Source: Octopus sinensis
Taxonomy: Eukaryota
Assembly: GCF_006345805.1 (NCBI RefSeq)
Contig: NC_043005.1
Span: forward strand, 79,794,001 to 79,858,000
DNA length: 64,000 nucleotides
Direction of reading: 5' to 3'
Below the pieces are notes generated by a model. It saw nothing but the letters and a program-made list of their open reading frames with translations, made no database searches and was not told where the DNA came from. The position numbers and the translations under genes are program-made. Below are positions 1-14,354 of the stretch, one piece after another; the stretch's first letter is position 1; the number at the start of each line of letters is the position of its first letter.

Positions 1-75
1 ACACTCACACGCACAGACACACACAAGCATGCACACGAAGCAGAAGTACACACATACCAGCACGCACACACGCAC

Positions 76-470
76 ACGGATAACCCCGAGAACAAAGAAA
101 TAAGAACCCGCAGGATGGTAGAATCATAGCCCCTCATAATAAAAAAGGAGAACTTGTGAAATGTTCCAGGGAAGACCTCAATAAAATGTAAATACAACAG
201 ACCTCATATAATAATTTGAGATAGAGAAGAGAAACGGTGTACAGTTGTGGAAATTAGTTACCCAGCGCATGTTAACATAAATCTGCAGTTACTCTACCCA
301 GATTACAGGTTCAGGTTTATACGTGTAATTTTTTGGGCCCTGAGGTATGTAACACGCTGCCTAAATATCAATCCTGAGAAATTAGGCTTCTCAAAGCCAG
401 AAAGGAGAAAGACTACAGATCCAATCATTCACTGGAACTGTAAAAATCTACAAAACTCTCCAGAAGTTTA
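76..470 (+). mobile_element. Degenerate 3' end of an RLE-type (R4/Dong-like) non-LTR retrotransposon
   Basis: Frameshifted translation reads KYNRP(H)I..DREEKRCTVVEISYPAHVNI...RFIRVIFWALRYV, resembling the NRPD...D/E-(I/V)-S-x-P and IPVIIGALG motifs of restriction-like endonuclease C-termini. Confidence 0.6.
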
Positions 471-1360
471 TCATTTACATATATATGACCATGTGTAGAT
501 ATGTAAGTATATGCATGAGTAGACATACATAAAGCAGACCATACAAATCTGCAAGAAGGAGCCTTGAATATAGATTAAAAACCGGCTCTTTCTCTTTTGG
601 CAAGAACACTTGAAATAAAACCGAACGACATATCTACATATATGCATACTTACACCGGAACCTTGTTGCCGTACCACTAGGTTACGATTTCAAACCCCTG
701 ATAGACAAATACAAACACACATACACACAAAATTACACACGCGCAAACACACATGCACACATACACACACACATATATATGTATATACATATACACATAT
801 CATGCCAACACGTAGACATTCGCCTGCATACTCACAAACACAATACTGAGTAACACGTCTCGCCTTATGTGACACACTAGATAAATGTATACGTGTCGAC
901 AAATTTCGTAGCCTGAGAATAAATGAGTAACCTTGATGTTTATCATTACTAAACATACGGTCTTTAATGTTTTATTATTAGAGTTTATTATTCGGTCTAA
1001 TTACTCCTTTCCAGAACACCAACAGGGAAGCCAATAATTTCACAACTGGCTGCCGTCAAAATATAGCAAGACATATGTACTTTTAAAATATGTATATGCT
1101 AAGAATTAAAGAAAGTCAGAAATCAATGTGTGTGTGCATGTACGTATGTATCTATCTATAAGTAATATAATCGAAATATGTTTTATGTTATCTATACAAT
1201 TTGACCTAATTCACATGCCAAAGCTTAGTGTACGCGAAAATCAACTGTAAATATTGCTTGGCGTATGTGCAAATATACATATGTATAAATGTATGTATGT
1301 ATATCTATATAGAAATATATATGTAATATATAGGTATATATATGCATATATATGCATGTG

Positions 1361-1461
<101 letters not shown>

Positions 1462-1764
1462 TATATATATAATATATATACGTATATATATACATATATA
1501 CATAAATATAAACATATATATATATACATACATATAACACTTGTATATACACACACATACACATATATTTGAATATATGTACGGATATTATTGCTTACAA
1601 TAATGTCAAAATATCAAGCGGCAGAGTATGCGTAAGAAAACATACAGGTAATGTCATAAGGTAAAGAATTATTTTTTTAATAATTAAGTGTCATACAAGT
1701 AGTACCAGCACTGGTATCTTTCGTGTGCTGGTGCTACATTTAGCACCCTCAATTATTAATGTGT

Positions 1765-1916
1765 GCCTGCGTGGTAAGTAGATTGCTTACCAACCAGATG
1801 GTTCTGGGTTCAGTCTCACTGCGTAGCACCTTGGGCGAGTGTTTTCTACAAAAGCCTCGAGCTGACCAAAGTTTTGTGAGTGGATTTGGTAGATGGAAAA
1901 TGAATGAAGCTCATTT

Positions 1917-1948
<32 letters not shown>

Positions 1949-1949
1949 C

Positions 1950-1982
<33 letters not shown>

Positions 1983-2066
1983 TGTATGTATGTATGTATG
2001 TATGTATTATGTATTTATGTATCTGTGTGTCTGTTTGTATCCCCAACATCGCTTGACAACCGATGC
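1765..2066 (+). mobile_element. SINE family 1 (tRNA-derived head, CCTTGGGC(A/G)AG CORE-like segment, internal microsatellite), 3'-truncated
   Basis: Matches the full copy at 42389-42800 (GTGGTAAGTAG..GGGTTCAGTC..GCACCTTGGGC..GTGGATTTGGTAGA), internal (TA)/(TATG) tract, then CTTGACAACCGATGCTG. Confidence 0.8.
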
Positions 2067-2537
2067 TGCTCTCTGGAACTCCCTCCCATCACCTTGTATT
2101 CCTCTTGGCTATAACATTAAGTGTTTCAAGCATTCTTCTTCTAAATATATAGGCTCTTTTCGTCCCTTTTTCTTTGTTATTTTTTACAGTCATACCAAGC
2201 TTTGCTTGAGACAAAATCAACGAAAAACTAAAGAGGTATTTTAAATCGATTTTAGATGAAACAGATGAACAAATCAAGAGACATCTGGTCCTGTGATCTA
2301 ACAAGGCATAAACTAGAACCACGTCTCACGATCCAACACCTTGGGAAGCTTTCATCTGAATAAATTGTCAGGCTTATAGCAGAATGTGCTGAAATACCAA
2401 TTTATATGTAACGTTCCTCTTGTAATATTATTATTAAACGAATATGATGAACTTTCATGGAATATTCTGACACAGGCGTATCTAAACACACACACACACA
2501 CTCTCTCTCTCTCTCTCTCTTTCACACACACACACAA

Positions 2538-2594
<57 letters not shown>

Positions 2595-2679
2595 CTCTCA
2601 CTCTCTCTCTCAAACACACTAACACACGCGCGCATTCTCTCTCTCTATCACACAGACATACAACATATATACGTACGTA

Positions 2680-4345
2680 CATTCTGTCAGAGACTTCTTT
2701 AGCTTACAGGTGTTTCTGCTACATATGCCTGTTGCGCAAGTCATATGCCAGAAATATGCCCCAGTGCACAAGGCCAAAACAAATAGGAACAAGATTCTAA
2801 GGGAGAGGATGATCCTCATGAGACGACGGACGAAGTTTGCAAATCGCCTCAACCAAAATCCCAAAAGTAGTGAAAGGTCCCACCTAAAAAACTGTTGAAG
2901 AATGAAAAAAGCCTGCAACAATCCTTTATGAGGGAAAGAGCAGACAAAGAAACCTGGGTTATAAAAAAAACATTAAGTCAAACCCAAAGGCCTTCTTTCA
3001 TTACGCGAAAGAAACACATTAGTACGCTGCAAGATAGAACCCCTCTTCCAAAAGGATGGCTCCCTCACAGATAGTCCAACGAGGATCAGTGAGGTACTGA
3101 ATGAGCAGTTCAAAAGTGTCGTTACCACCCTGTTGGAACACAGACAAGTGAATGAACCAGTGGACTTCTTTGGCGCCTCACCTATAACAAGCGAAGCAAT
3201 TACGATGGAATACATCGACATTAGCGAAGAAGATATACAAGTAGGCATAGATGAATTGGATGCAAACTCAACTGCTGGTCCTGATGGTTTCCCAGCAATC
3301 CTCCTCAAATCGTGTAAGCACGCCCTGGCAAACCCCACCCCCCAGATGATTTTCCAGAGTTTTCTTGAAAATGGCAAACTGCTAAGCAAGCTGAAGTGGA
3401 AGCAGAGTGGATGCCAAAAACTATAGGCCTATCTCTCTGACTTCACACATCAGTAATGTCAGAGAACGGATAGCTAGAGGGAATCTAATCGCATTTCTTG
3501 AAGAAAATAACTTGCTGAGTGATGCTCAGCATGGCTTTCGACCAGACAGAAGCTGCCTGACACAGCTCTTACAACATTACGACTGGGTGTTGAGGTAGTT
3601 ACTCAACAACTCAAGTGTGGACGTAATATACCTTGATTATACAAAAGCTTTTCATAAAGTGGATCAGGATATGATATGCCACAATCTGCGTGATCTTGGC
3701 ATAGCTGGAAAACTTGGAGACTGGTTACATGAATTTCTGAAAAATAGAAGTAAGGCGGTAGTGGCCAATTGAGCCATCTCAATGAAAACACAGATAGTGT
3801 GGTGTTCCATAGAGCACTGTTTTGGGACCACTTCTTTTCATAGTGGCCCTCTCAGATATGTCTTCATCTACCTGGATAGCTACCGTTGCTAGCTACGCAG
3901 TTGACACGAAAGTCTCGAAGAAAATACAGAACCCCAGCGATGTTGCACATCTGCAGCAGGAGTTGGACTCAATTTAAAGATGGGACGAGGATAATAATAT
4001 GCAGTTCAATGCTAAAAAATTCCAAGCCCTGCGCTACCAGCGTCCAAAACTGAATATAAAACTTACAAGCTACACTGGCCCACAGGGAATTACAATCCCA
4101 GAGCCTAAATGAAAGAGAGACCTGGATATCGACATGAGTGATGATACCTCTTTGCAAGTGCACATTACCAGGATGGCGACAAAGTGCAGACGACTCTCTG
4201 GCTGGATCCTGAGAACATTCAGAACCAGAGATAAGGAAACCATGATGGTCCTCTGGAAGACATTCTTCTTCAGCCGCTTGGATTACTGCTTCCAGCTAAT
4301 GGTCACCCAACAGTGTGAAATTAACAGTGGACCTTGAAGCAATCT
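2680..4345 (+). mobile_element. Decayed CR1/L2-group LINE ORF2 (reverse transcriptase) fragment
   Basis: Broken frames give SNPKAFFHYAK, STAGPDGFPAILLK, KNYRPISLTS, QHGFRPDRSCLTQLL, VDVIYLDYTKAFHKVD, TVLGPLLF, YAVDT, WILRTFRTRD, SRLDYC; many stops and frameshifts. Confidence 0.9.
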
Positions 4346-4361
4346 AGTTAGCTAGCTAGCT

Positions 4362-4500
4362 GGCGGAGATGTGGCTGGGTGATAAGAATCTTGCTTCTAT
4401 CCACGCAGTTCCGGGTTCAATCCGGCTGCGTGGCACCTTAGGTCAACCAAAGTCTTGCGAATGAATTTGGTAAATGGAAACTAAAAGAAGCCCTTCGTAC
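4362..4500 (+). mobile_element. SINE family 1, 5' fragment
   Basis: CTTGCTT..CCGGGTTCAATCC..GCGTGGCACCTT..AATTTGGTAAATGGAAACT matches family 1 head; marks the end of the LINE fragment. Confidence 0.7.
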
Positions 4501-4760
4501 ACACGCATACACACACGCTCGCGCGTATATGAGTAATTTAATATCCTTATCTAGCAGTCATTAGTGTCCAGTCATTTGTCTTATACAGGAAATAAATATC
4601 ATGCATGGCGCTAAGATTACATCTTCGATTGTGTTTCATAGTGTTTGAGATAGAAATTGTGTTGCGTATATAAAGTAACTTGCCGGATAATATTACTGAG
4701 AGTCACTGGTTTTCGGACAGTTGTGTGAGTTTAAGAGACTGACTTTCCAAACGTGTGATA

Positions 4761-4966
4761 CAGTAATCCTTCGACTATCGCGGATGTTACGTTCCAAAAC
4801 CACCCACAGAAATAATTAAAATTTACAAAAATATGACTGCCCATCGGTCGCAGAAACCCGTGATATCCTGGGGAGTCCGCGATGTAAATTTACATATATT
4901 AGCCAGAAAAATCCGCGATGTACTGAGTGCGTGATAAGTGAACCGCGATATAGCGAGGAACTGCTG
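4761..4966. mobile_element. Tigger/pogo-like MITE
   Basis: Imperfect ~23-bp TIRs CAGTAATCCTTCGACTATCGCGG / CCGCGATATAGCGAGGAACTGCTG; TA on the left flank, TG on the right. Confidence 0.7.
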
Positions 4967-5156
4967 TGCTTTGCTCGTTCTTACCGCATAATATTTTGGA
5001 TAAGTAGCGTCGGTTGTATTAATGCTTTGTGTATGAAAACACGTGTAGCTGTATATATAATTACCAATGCATGGTCCCACAACTATAAGCTGCCACCCGA
5101 ACTCTAAGTCAACTCCATTCACGTTATATTTAATCTATCTAGTTAGCTAGTGGGCT

Positions 5157-5295
5157 GGCGCCAACGTGGCTGGCTGGTAAAAAGTGAGCTTCCAACCACA
5201 TAGTTCTGAGGTCAGTGCAACTGCATAGCACCTTGGGCCGACTAAACTCGTGTGAATGAATTTGGTAGAGGGAAGCTGAAAGACGTCCTTCGAAT
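5157..5295 (+). mobile_element. SINE family 1, degenerate 5' fragment
   Basis: CCAACCACATAGTTCTGAG..GCACCTTGGGCCGAC..GAATTTGGTAGA, followed by (CA)n. Confidence 0.65.
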
Positions 5296-5298
5296 ACA

Positions 5299-5338
<40 letters not shown>

Positions 5339-5364
5339 AGACAGACTTATAATATAGTTGAAAT

Positions 5365-5548
5365 TCATGGAAAAACAAAAGTCGAAGACAGGCGTATGAA
5401 CAACAAGCAAGTGTTTTAGTTTGACGCTCGGGAGAAAATGGAAATGTCTTTTACGTTTCGAGATTACGCTCTTCAGCAGAAAGGAATAAGAGAAAATAAA
5501 GAGAGAGCGAGAATGAAAAAAATCTTGGAGATTTTAGCGGTCTAGCAT
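5365..5548 (-). mobile_element. Penelope-like terminal-repeat remnant, family A, with degenerate hammerhead motif (5446-5484)
   Basis: Homologous to 12950-13075 and 13955-14170; minus strand CCUUU-CUGcUGA-A-GAG(cguaau)CUC-GAAAC-GUA-AAAG. Confidence 0.55.
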
Positions 5549-5777
5549 TTATATATATATATATATTCTTGCAGGCAAACAATAGACTTACTAATTTCAT
5601 TATGGATAGGAATCGAAACAATTATATGTAATTTCTATTTGATATTTATTATATTATATTATATTATTATAAGAATATGATATAATATAATATTACGTTA
5701 ACAAATTTAATTTTTGAATTGACAATTGTACTTCTCCATTTTCTTTTCAATTATATATATATATACATATACATATA

Positions 5778-5836
<59 letters not shown>

Positions 5837-5919
5837 ATAATATATATATATAATAAAAATAACATATGCATATATAGATACATATATGTACGTACCTACC
5901 TCTACATGTATATATGCAT

Positions 5920-6630
5920 GCATATATGGGTACAGAACACAAAAAAACGTCGAACACAATGAGAAACGAAAACATATACACAAAAACAAGGAAATGGACA
6001 TTTCTTTTAAACAACGAATAAATAGAGTACAGGACATGCAAAACAAGGAAAATTCCCCTTCTTCAGTCGCCTTAGTTTCATCTACTCCACGTTTCGAAGG
6101 TCAAGGCGATACATGACTTCAATAAAACTTTCCTTCCCGCAAAAATCAAATTAAATAGAATTTGAGATTTTTTGTGGAGGGGTAAAAATGGTAAAAAAAA
6201 CAGGACAGTAACGACAGTACAAAATATAAACAGTGAAAGACAGGACACGGAGAATATCACAAACAAGAAGAGCTGTTAAGCCAAACGAGATAAAAAATTT
6301 TTACGAACGCTATTTTTTGAGAACGGCAGAGAGCAACAGATTTTACCGTCTCTACTTGAAGAAAGCCAGGAGAAGAAAGACAGTGGGACCCATCTCATCA
6401 CGTGACGCGACGGGAGGGAGGAGGAGGGTAAGAGAAAGGGAGAGAAAAAAGGGAATGGTTGTAGAGAAAAGAATGAAGAATGAGAGAGAGAGGGAGAGAC
6501 AGTAAGGTAGAAGAAAAGGAAAGCCAAAAAGAATGAAGGCTGAGAAAGAGAGGGGGAGAGAAAGGTTAAGAGTGCGCATCATTATTAATATTAAGAACAA
6601 TCTTTCTTAGAAATGGATGCGTGCTTTCCG
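5920..6630 (-). mobile_element. Penelope-like / unclassified non-coding repeat, family B
   Basis: Homologous to 14355-14860 (same strand) and 18386-18625 (opposite strand); bounded by (TA)n-rich tracts. Confidence 0.5.
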
Positions 6631-7324
6631 TCATATAATAAATATATATATATATATATTATTTGAGAGTTGCAGTTCGTTTAATCAACTTCGCTTAACG
6701 GTGCTTAGAAAACAAAATGTAGAAAAGCAATCTTGACCTCGACAGGATTTGAACGTAAACCCTCCGAATAAATGCACAATTGCTTTCTGAAGGTTTTTGA
6801 ATGCCAGCAGTTTGTAGGCAAGGTATATAGTCAAAATTATCAATGCCTGTACATGTCAGGCTTAAATTTTTACTCTTGCAAGTTTTTAAAATATGGCCAC
6901 CACAGAGTGATTACTAACAAAAGGCTAGTCAAAGCGTGGAGAGACATGACCAGTGAACATCAGTACCGACGGCTACATACAGCAGCGCTAGGAACATATA
7001 AGCTCTCCACTTTTGTCCAGTAGGCCAACAGCTCATGAAACTGGGCTAACTACAGCTCCGTCTATGCTTCAGGCCGTGAGAAAATTTTAAAGAAAAATTT
7101 ATTGTTTTTACGTAACATGTAAAGTTATATCCGGTGTTTGAAGATACGGGAATAATTGTTTTTATGTAAAGTACCGATTAAATTTCTTGTATAGTGAAGG
7201 AAATATCTTTATAAGCAAGATAAAAAATATGTGTATACAGACAAATAAATACACACACATACGTACATATATTCATCCAGTCATACGTGCGCATGTGTGT
7301 ATATGTGTGTATGCGAGCGTGCTT

Positions 7325-7580
7325 GAAGGCACGTGGTCTATTCTTTCTTGGTTTCAATTCAAAGACCGGTGGTGCGTTGTCTTCCTGAGCAAACACTTCG
7401 TTTCACTTTGCTCAGCTGTAAATAGGTAGATCTAGGACGCAGTGGTGTTTCGTTCAGGGGGAGTAGTCGCCTGCATTTCTAGCCACCAGGATAGCATCAT
7501 TCGAAGGCTTTGACCATGCGTTTCCTCGCATTATGACCATGTAACAAGCGATGTATAATAACATCCGATACTCTGGTCGA
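7325..7580 (+). mobile_element. Degenerate tRNA-derived SINE (family 3-related) with RTE-type tail
   Basis: GGTTTCAATTC box-B-like motif and TTGTCTTCCTGAGCAAACACTT; tail similar to the reverse complement of 17115-17238. Confidence 0.5.
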
Positions 7581-7638
7581 TAAAGTGATACATATGCATT
7601 TAAGTAAATAATTAAATAATTATATATATATATAAATA

Positions 7639-7699
<61 letters not shown>

Positions 7700-7703
7700 A
7701 TAT

Positions 7704-7799
<96 letters not shown>

Positions 7800-7809
7800 C
7801 ATGTATGTG

Positions 7810-7990
7810 TGTGTGTCTTTGTCCCGCCATCACCGCCTGACAAACGCTACTATTGTGTTTACGTTCCCATAACTTTCCGGTTCGGCAAAAGAGACCGATA
7901 GAATAAGTACTAGGGTTAAAACATAAGTCTTAGGGTGGATTTGTTCCTTCTAGGCTGTACTGAAACAAATAAAGGAATAAAAGAATAAGT
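7810..7990 (+). mobile_element. SINE family 1, 3' half
   Basis: GTGTTTACGT..GGTTCGGCAAAAGAGACCGATAGAATAAGTACT..TGAAACAAATAAA matches the 3' half of the 42389 copy. Confidence 0.8.
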
Positions 7991-7995
7991 ACATA

Positions 7996-9620
7996 CCGTA
8001 TATTTCCGCGAATAAGACGATCTTCAAATCCTAAAATTTACCCTAAAATTTGAATTTCAAGTGATTTTATAAGTAAGGTAACCTTGCCCTCAGTGCAATA
8101 ACCACAGAGATATACGTAATCAAGTTAATAAAATAAAAGAAAATATTATAATATAGGTAATAAAAACATTTTTACTTTCAATATTATTGGCATATCTTCA
8201 TAATAAATATACTATTCGAGAGATAATTCTATATCATTGAAATCAACTTTTATCTATGCGATCTCGGCTGAGAAAAGATAAACATCGAGTTATGGTTGCG
8301 CTCACAGAAACCTTTATCTTTCTCTAACCTTTCAAAGATTTTGATGGTTATATATAACTATAGTAATGGCATTGAGAAAAACATATTTTTCATAAAATAT
8401 CTATTATCATTTGGTGGTAAATAACACAATTTGGATTATACCACAATCTTAATTTTTCAATAAAATCATTTTACTATAGTTGCATTTAAAACATAAGACA
8501 ATTTTTTTTTTCATTTCCTATGAAGATAAATAATATTAATAAAACATCAAGCCTGCCACGTATTTATCTAAAACCCATCAAATTCCTCATTAGCATCACT
8601 ATGTGTTTCTAAAAGTTTCTCATACATATCACAAGATTTATCACATACGCCATCATCGTAAGGAATCCAGTCTGGTTCTGGTGATTTGACTTCGACTTCG
8701 TCGTTGGTATTGTACAGAATATCATCTTCGGTACCATCGATGGCATTAGAGATACCGCATTTTAAAAATGATTTCATCACATTTTCTACTTCAACTTTGT
8801 CCCATGCCTTTATAACAAAATCACAGAGAACATCAAGAGAGGCAAAACACACAGCTCCACCTTTTGTAAAAGATCTTTTTCATTTATCATCCAGTCGTTC
8901 CATTGCTCTCTCACATTATGGCATGTTAAACTGACATCATGTGGCTGCAGTATAGGAGTCAAACCACCAGGAATAGCAGTAATATTGGTTTTGGATAACC
9001 GGGTTTTAGTATTTGCCGTTAATTGGCTACGAAACATATCCCAAACTAATAGACTGCATTCGTTCCGTATGCCTCTTTGCCACCTGTTCCAAATATTCTC
9101 AATCCATAATTTCACATTACTCTCGTCCATCCACCCTTTCTCGTGAAAATGAACAAAAACGCCAGGAGGAAAATCTATTTTGGGCTTTGTTATACGTTTA
9201 AAAATAAGCAAGGGTTTTAATTTTGTACTGTCAGCCATGCAGGATATCACCATAAACCGCGTTTTCTTACACCTTGTACTTCTAACGTGCACTGTTTTTA
9301 CCCCTTTCAAAGTTACCGTTTTTTTTACCCAGCATGTCAAAGTTTAATGGAGTTTCATCCATATTTCCAGTATGAGACAATGGAAGCTGATGCTTTTTCC
9401 TCAGCTGGATGATAAACTGGTGAAAACTGGTTACTTTGTGATAGAGATCTCTCGGGTGTTTGGGGGCGATTTTTGACTTCCCCATTATTACCAGACATTT
9501 ACTGTTCATAAAACAATCGCACCAGCCTACTGTTGCTTTAAAACCTTTGCTTTCTTCTTTATATCATTTATCCCATTTTAGGGCATGCAGAGTAATTCTC
9601 GTGTTGATATTAACGAATTC
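7996..9620 (-). mobile_element. pogo-superfamily DNA transposon (DDE_1 transposase pseudogene, POGK/Passer-like)
   Basis: Minus ORFs 9282-9509, 8810-9340 and 8568-8852: GNMDETPLNFDM, KLKPLLIFKR, GWMDE, LLVWDMFRSQ, IPGGLTPILQPHDVS, KSFLKCGISNAIDGTEDD; TA|CCGTATATTTCCGCGAATAAGACG terminal repeat at 7996; other terminus not located. Confidence 0.88.
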
Positions 9621-11319
9621 TGAGTTGGGTCTTGCAAGAACAGTATTATACTTAGGACCACTAATGGCTGAGTCTACCAAAGGTAAATTTTGAAAGAAAG
9701 AGATGTCAGCCATTTCTTTCATTTTACAACATAAATGGGCGTTGTTCTCTCTAGGTCACCTGATCATCACCCTCGTTTTACTTTACTCAGAATATTAATC
9801 GCTTCCTTTGGGCAATTGTAAATTATTTATGTAGAAGTATGAATGGAGACTTGTTACAGTTTCTCAGACTGATTTCAATGAAACAGTATCTGTTTCATAG
9901 ATTAAGATCTTTTGTTATTTAATATTTTTAAAAAATCTCATATAAAGAAGAGCGTTGGAGTTTCAGAAAATGTAGGTTGCGGTGCTGTATTTGGTCACGT
10001 CATGCTGCGTTCAAATCTGACATAGGTTGTCTCTACTTCTTACGTTTGCAGGATCGATTCCATGCATCCATTGGTGATGTTGTTATTATCCCAGTTCATC
10101 CCTAATTGATTTCACCAATGTTCAAAATCATTCCAGATGTAATCATCTCGTCTTTATTCTTTTTTTTCATGCCTTTTGCCCTATTTCCTGAATGTGTATT
10201 CCACCCCACATCTTTTCCTTTTATTTTTACAGCTTAAGTTGTGATTTGAAAGATTTGCTTACTATCTCTAGCAATTCGTGCGGCTACATAGAAGTAGCCT
10301 CATTGTGATCCATAAATATTTGTGATTGTTGTGGCTGTTGTTAAACCTTGATCTTCAAGTCTTTATTCCTTACTGGAATAAAATCTCTCAGACTACAGTA
10401 TTCAATGTAGCTAGTAGGCTATGATATACAGAAAATTTTAGCTGTTGTTTCTAGCAAGGCGAGCGGCTTTGCCATTTAAATGCCGCCTCGTTAATTCGTA
10501 TAATGATCAGTAAACTTGTGCGATTAAATGATTTTAGATATATTTTTATATATCTGTTTTTGTACGTTATTGTAAGACTTAAGAAAGCGGATTTCAACGA
10601 TACGGTTGAAGGGGTATCTAGGTACGCCAAAGATGTTTTTAAAAATACGAATTAAGTTAATGAAATATCTATATTTTAATTAGAAATTGTATGGATTCCG
10701 TCGGAATGTTTATTTTTATTCTTTCATGGTAGATTAACGTAATCCTTTACCAGGTTTAGAACAACAACATAACATTTAGGAGTTCATAATGAAATGCAAT
10801 CTGCTACACGTATCTGGACCAGCTCTCTGGTAAGAGAAGAACTTCGCAATATAGCGTACTAAGTTCGATATCACCATGTGGTACCTTGGATTGTGTCATC
10901 GAGCTTTAGATTTTCATTAAAATTTGGTAAACGAAAATTGAATAGGATTTTGTCTGTAAGTCCATTTGTATTCTTGTATAAGAAACATGGAAACAAAAGT
11001 GACTAAGAGGTGGTTCTGTCAAAGTCCTAAGTATGAGTTTACTAGTATGTATTGGAATTACATCTGGAATAAGGCCACTTGCACTCATCCCAAAGGACTA
11101 AGCATAGACGAGGCCCTTCAGCTCTTTAGCTGCTCATCAAAGAAGAGATAATTCCAAATAAATCCTGTCTCCTGATAACTAATGGACTCGTGGTGCTTGT
11201 TGCACCAGACCAATATAATTTTGAAAGGACACTGTTTTGTGCAGAGAATGGTTCCGCGCAAAACATACCCACTATAGTAATACTCATCGTGCAGGTTCTA
11301 GGCAAGAAGTTACGAGGGA

Positions 11320-11985
11320 GGGAGGACAAGTCCATTGTATCGACCCCCACTGTTGGACTTGCTCCTTATGTTATCGATCCCGAAGTTAATGAATGTAAAC
11401 GTTGACTTCGGTGTGTTTTGAACTCAGAACATAAAGAGCCGGAAGAACTGCCACTAAGCTTCTTGTCCGATGTACTAACGTGTCAGCCAGCTCGCCACCT
11501 TTTTTTTTGGGGGGGGAGGTTGAAAATATTGATTCCAAATTTTGGCATATGGTCAGTAATTTCGTGGGAAGAAGTAAGTTGATTACACCACCGCCCACTC
11601 CGCCCCCAGTTCTCAACTGATATTAATTTTATCGTTGCCGAAAAAAATATGAAAGGCAAAGTCGATCCCGATAGAATTTGGACCCAACGTAAAGACGGAC
11701 GAAACACCGCTAAGTGTTTTGTCCGGCATGCTTATAATTCTGCTAACTCCCCTAATGATCATCTGTAATATTGATTTCCAAATTTGGCACAAGGCCAGCA
11801 ATTTTGTGGGAGGAACTAAGTAGATTATATCAGCCCTAGTACTCAAATGCTACTTATTCTATCGTCCCCGAAATGATGAAAGGCGAAGTCGATCCTGGGG
11901 GAATTTGAACTCGGAGCATAATGACAAGCGAAATGTCGCTGAGCATTTTCTCCGGCACGCTGAATGATTCTGCTTGCTCGCTGCA
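11320..11985 (-). mobile_element. Three tandem degenerate SINE family 2-related copies
   Basis: Repeated (GA)AAGGC(A/G)AAGTCGA...ATTTG(A/G)AC..CGCTAAG..CCGGCA and TCCAAATTT(T)GGCA blocks spaced ~240 bp; reverse complement of the 53267 and 63030 copies. Confidence 0.7.
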
Positions 11986-12609
11986 TTTAGTGTTCAACAT
12001 ATTACAGCTCACTGAATGAACAGGGTTCTTAAATGCAACAGTAAACGTTTCGTGTCTTTTCATTTGGGATGTGATTTTTTATCAAAACATCGCTGTTGCC
12101 GGTGTACAATTTCTAGTTTTAAGGACAAACCAAAGTAGATGTATTTGCTATGCAGTCGGTTGACTTGTTTGACAACAGAGTTAAATATCCTATAAATCAT
12201 ACTCTGCTACCATATAAGGGAAATTACCTGTGAGACATTTTAGCCTCGTTCCTCAATGAAAAAGAAGCTACTAAAAGACCAACCAACAACAAACAAAAAG
12301 CAGATAATCAGCTTTGATGTCTTAGCATTCAGATCTCTCTATTCAGGGCTGACATAGCATTAAGCAACTACAGCAGCAGTAATAAACAGGTTTCATAGAG
12401 AAAGATAATCTCTACTGTGGACAAAGTGGAAGATCTAGGAGGATTATTAATAATAAATTCCATGAATGAGTTGACGACATTTTCTTAAGTACACTCTATG
12501 TTGTGCGTCACATGGATATAAAACACAAACGCACGATATAGTGAAGGTGAAAGCGATTAGTAAAATAAAATGCATTAGATTTATAATACTGTATAGTATA
12601 ACTATGAAT

Positions 12610-12641
<32 letters not shown>

Positions 12642-12910
12642 ACACACATACACACACATATTTAGTAAATCCTAAAACTGAAGGACAAACACAAACTTCA
12701 ACTCGAGGACGTGGTACATGTAAAGTATTAGCAGTAGCTCAGGGAAGAAAAGAAAGGTGGTTTAAGCTCTTCTTTGGAAATAGAGGAAAGTCCAATAGAA
12801 AAGGAAGACGGTGGGAAAAAATCGCCAACGATACGGATGTGGTTACGTTTATATATGTGCGTATGTATGTATATACACAAACTAACATATACACACATAT
12901 ACATTCATAC

Positions 12911-12946
<36 letters not shown>

Positions 12947-12949
12947 TTA

Positions 12950-13075
12950 GGCAAAACAAGAAAAGGCAAAACGAGAGGAAGTTTAAACAGATGTGCTATT
13001 ACTACAACGCTTGGGTGTAAGAGGAAGGGTCATTTACGTTTCGGAAGTAGTCCTTCATCAGAAAGAAAGTAAATA
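12950..13075 (-). mobile_element. Penelope-like terminal-repeat remnant, family A
   Basis: Similar to 5365-5548 and 13955-14170; contains a hammerhead core. Confidence 0.55.
13031..13065 (-). ncRNA. Minimal type I hammerhead-like motif (extra A after A9)
   Basis: CUUU-CUGAUGA-A-GGA(cuacu)UCC-GAAAC-GUA|AAUG; stem III only possible intermolecularly via the ACGU palindrome; stem I 3 of 4 pairs. Confidence 0.55.
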
Positions 13076-13207
13076 AATGGGAAAACGGGGAAAAGATGGT
13101 GATGAGAAAAAATATTTAGGGATCAGTTGGGAATAGGGTTCTATGGAGCATTACGACGGGAGAACGAAGCCAGGTGATGTGTGTATATATACAAGAGTGC
13201 TCATGAC

Positions 13208-13319
<112 letters not shown>

Positions 13320-13784
13320 CTATGGATGCACATCTATTCTTATACTACGATTAGGGATATAAGGTTTATTTATCTTAATGTATAATTACTAAGAAGAACA
13401 GATACACATATAAATAATTTACACTTATAAAAGCATTTCTGTGTGTGACGAATTTTATTTTTCTCGTTTGAAAGTATAAGGCCTTCTCTCTCCATTTCTC
13501 CCTGCCTCTCACCCTTTCCCTGTTTCTATCTCCGTCTCCCTCTCATTCTCTTTCATAGACTTGTCATTTACGCTTGTCTGGACTTGCGAATACACGAATG
13601 TCCGTGAGTGTGACAGAGAGAGAAAGAGGCAGAGAGACAGACAGACGGACAGACAGAGAGGCAGACAGAGAGACAGAAAGCTTTTGTGTAATGACCGCAA
13701 GACTATTCTATCTCTTCCTCCAGTGAGATTGTAACAGCAACATACACATTCACACAAACACAAACACAACCACTTCGATACGTG

Positions 13785-14170
<386 letters not shown>

Positions 14171-14173
14171 TAA

Positions 14174-14256
<83 letters not shown>

Positions 14257-14354
14257 TATATACACATATATATGCACATATACATACATATATATATGCA
14301 TATATACATACATGTATGTAATACATACATTTATATGTATAGAGGTACGCATAT

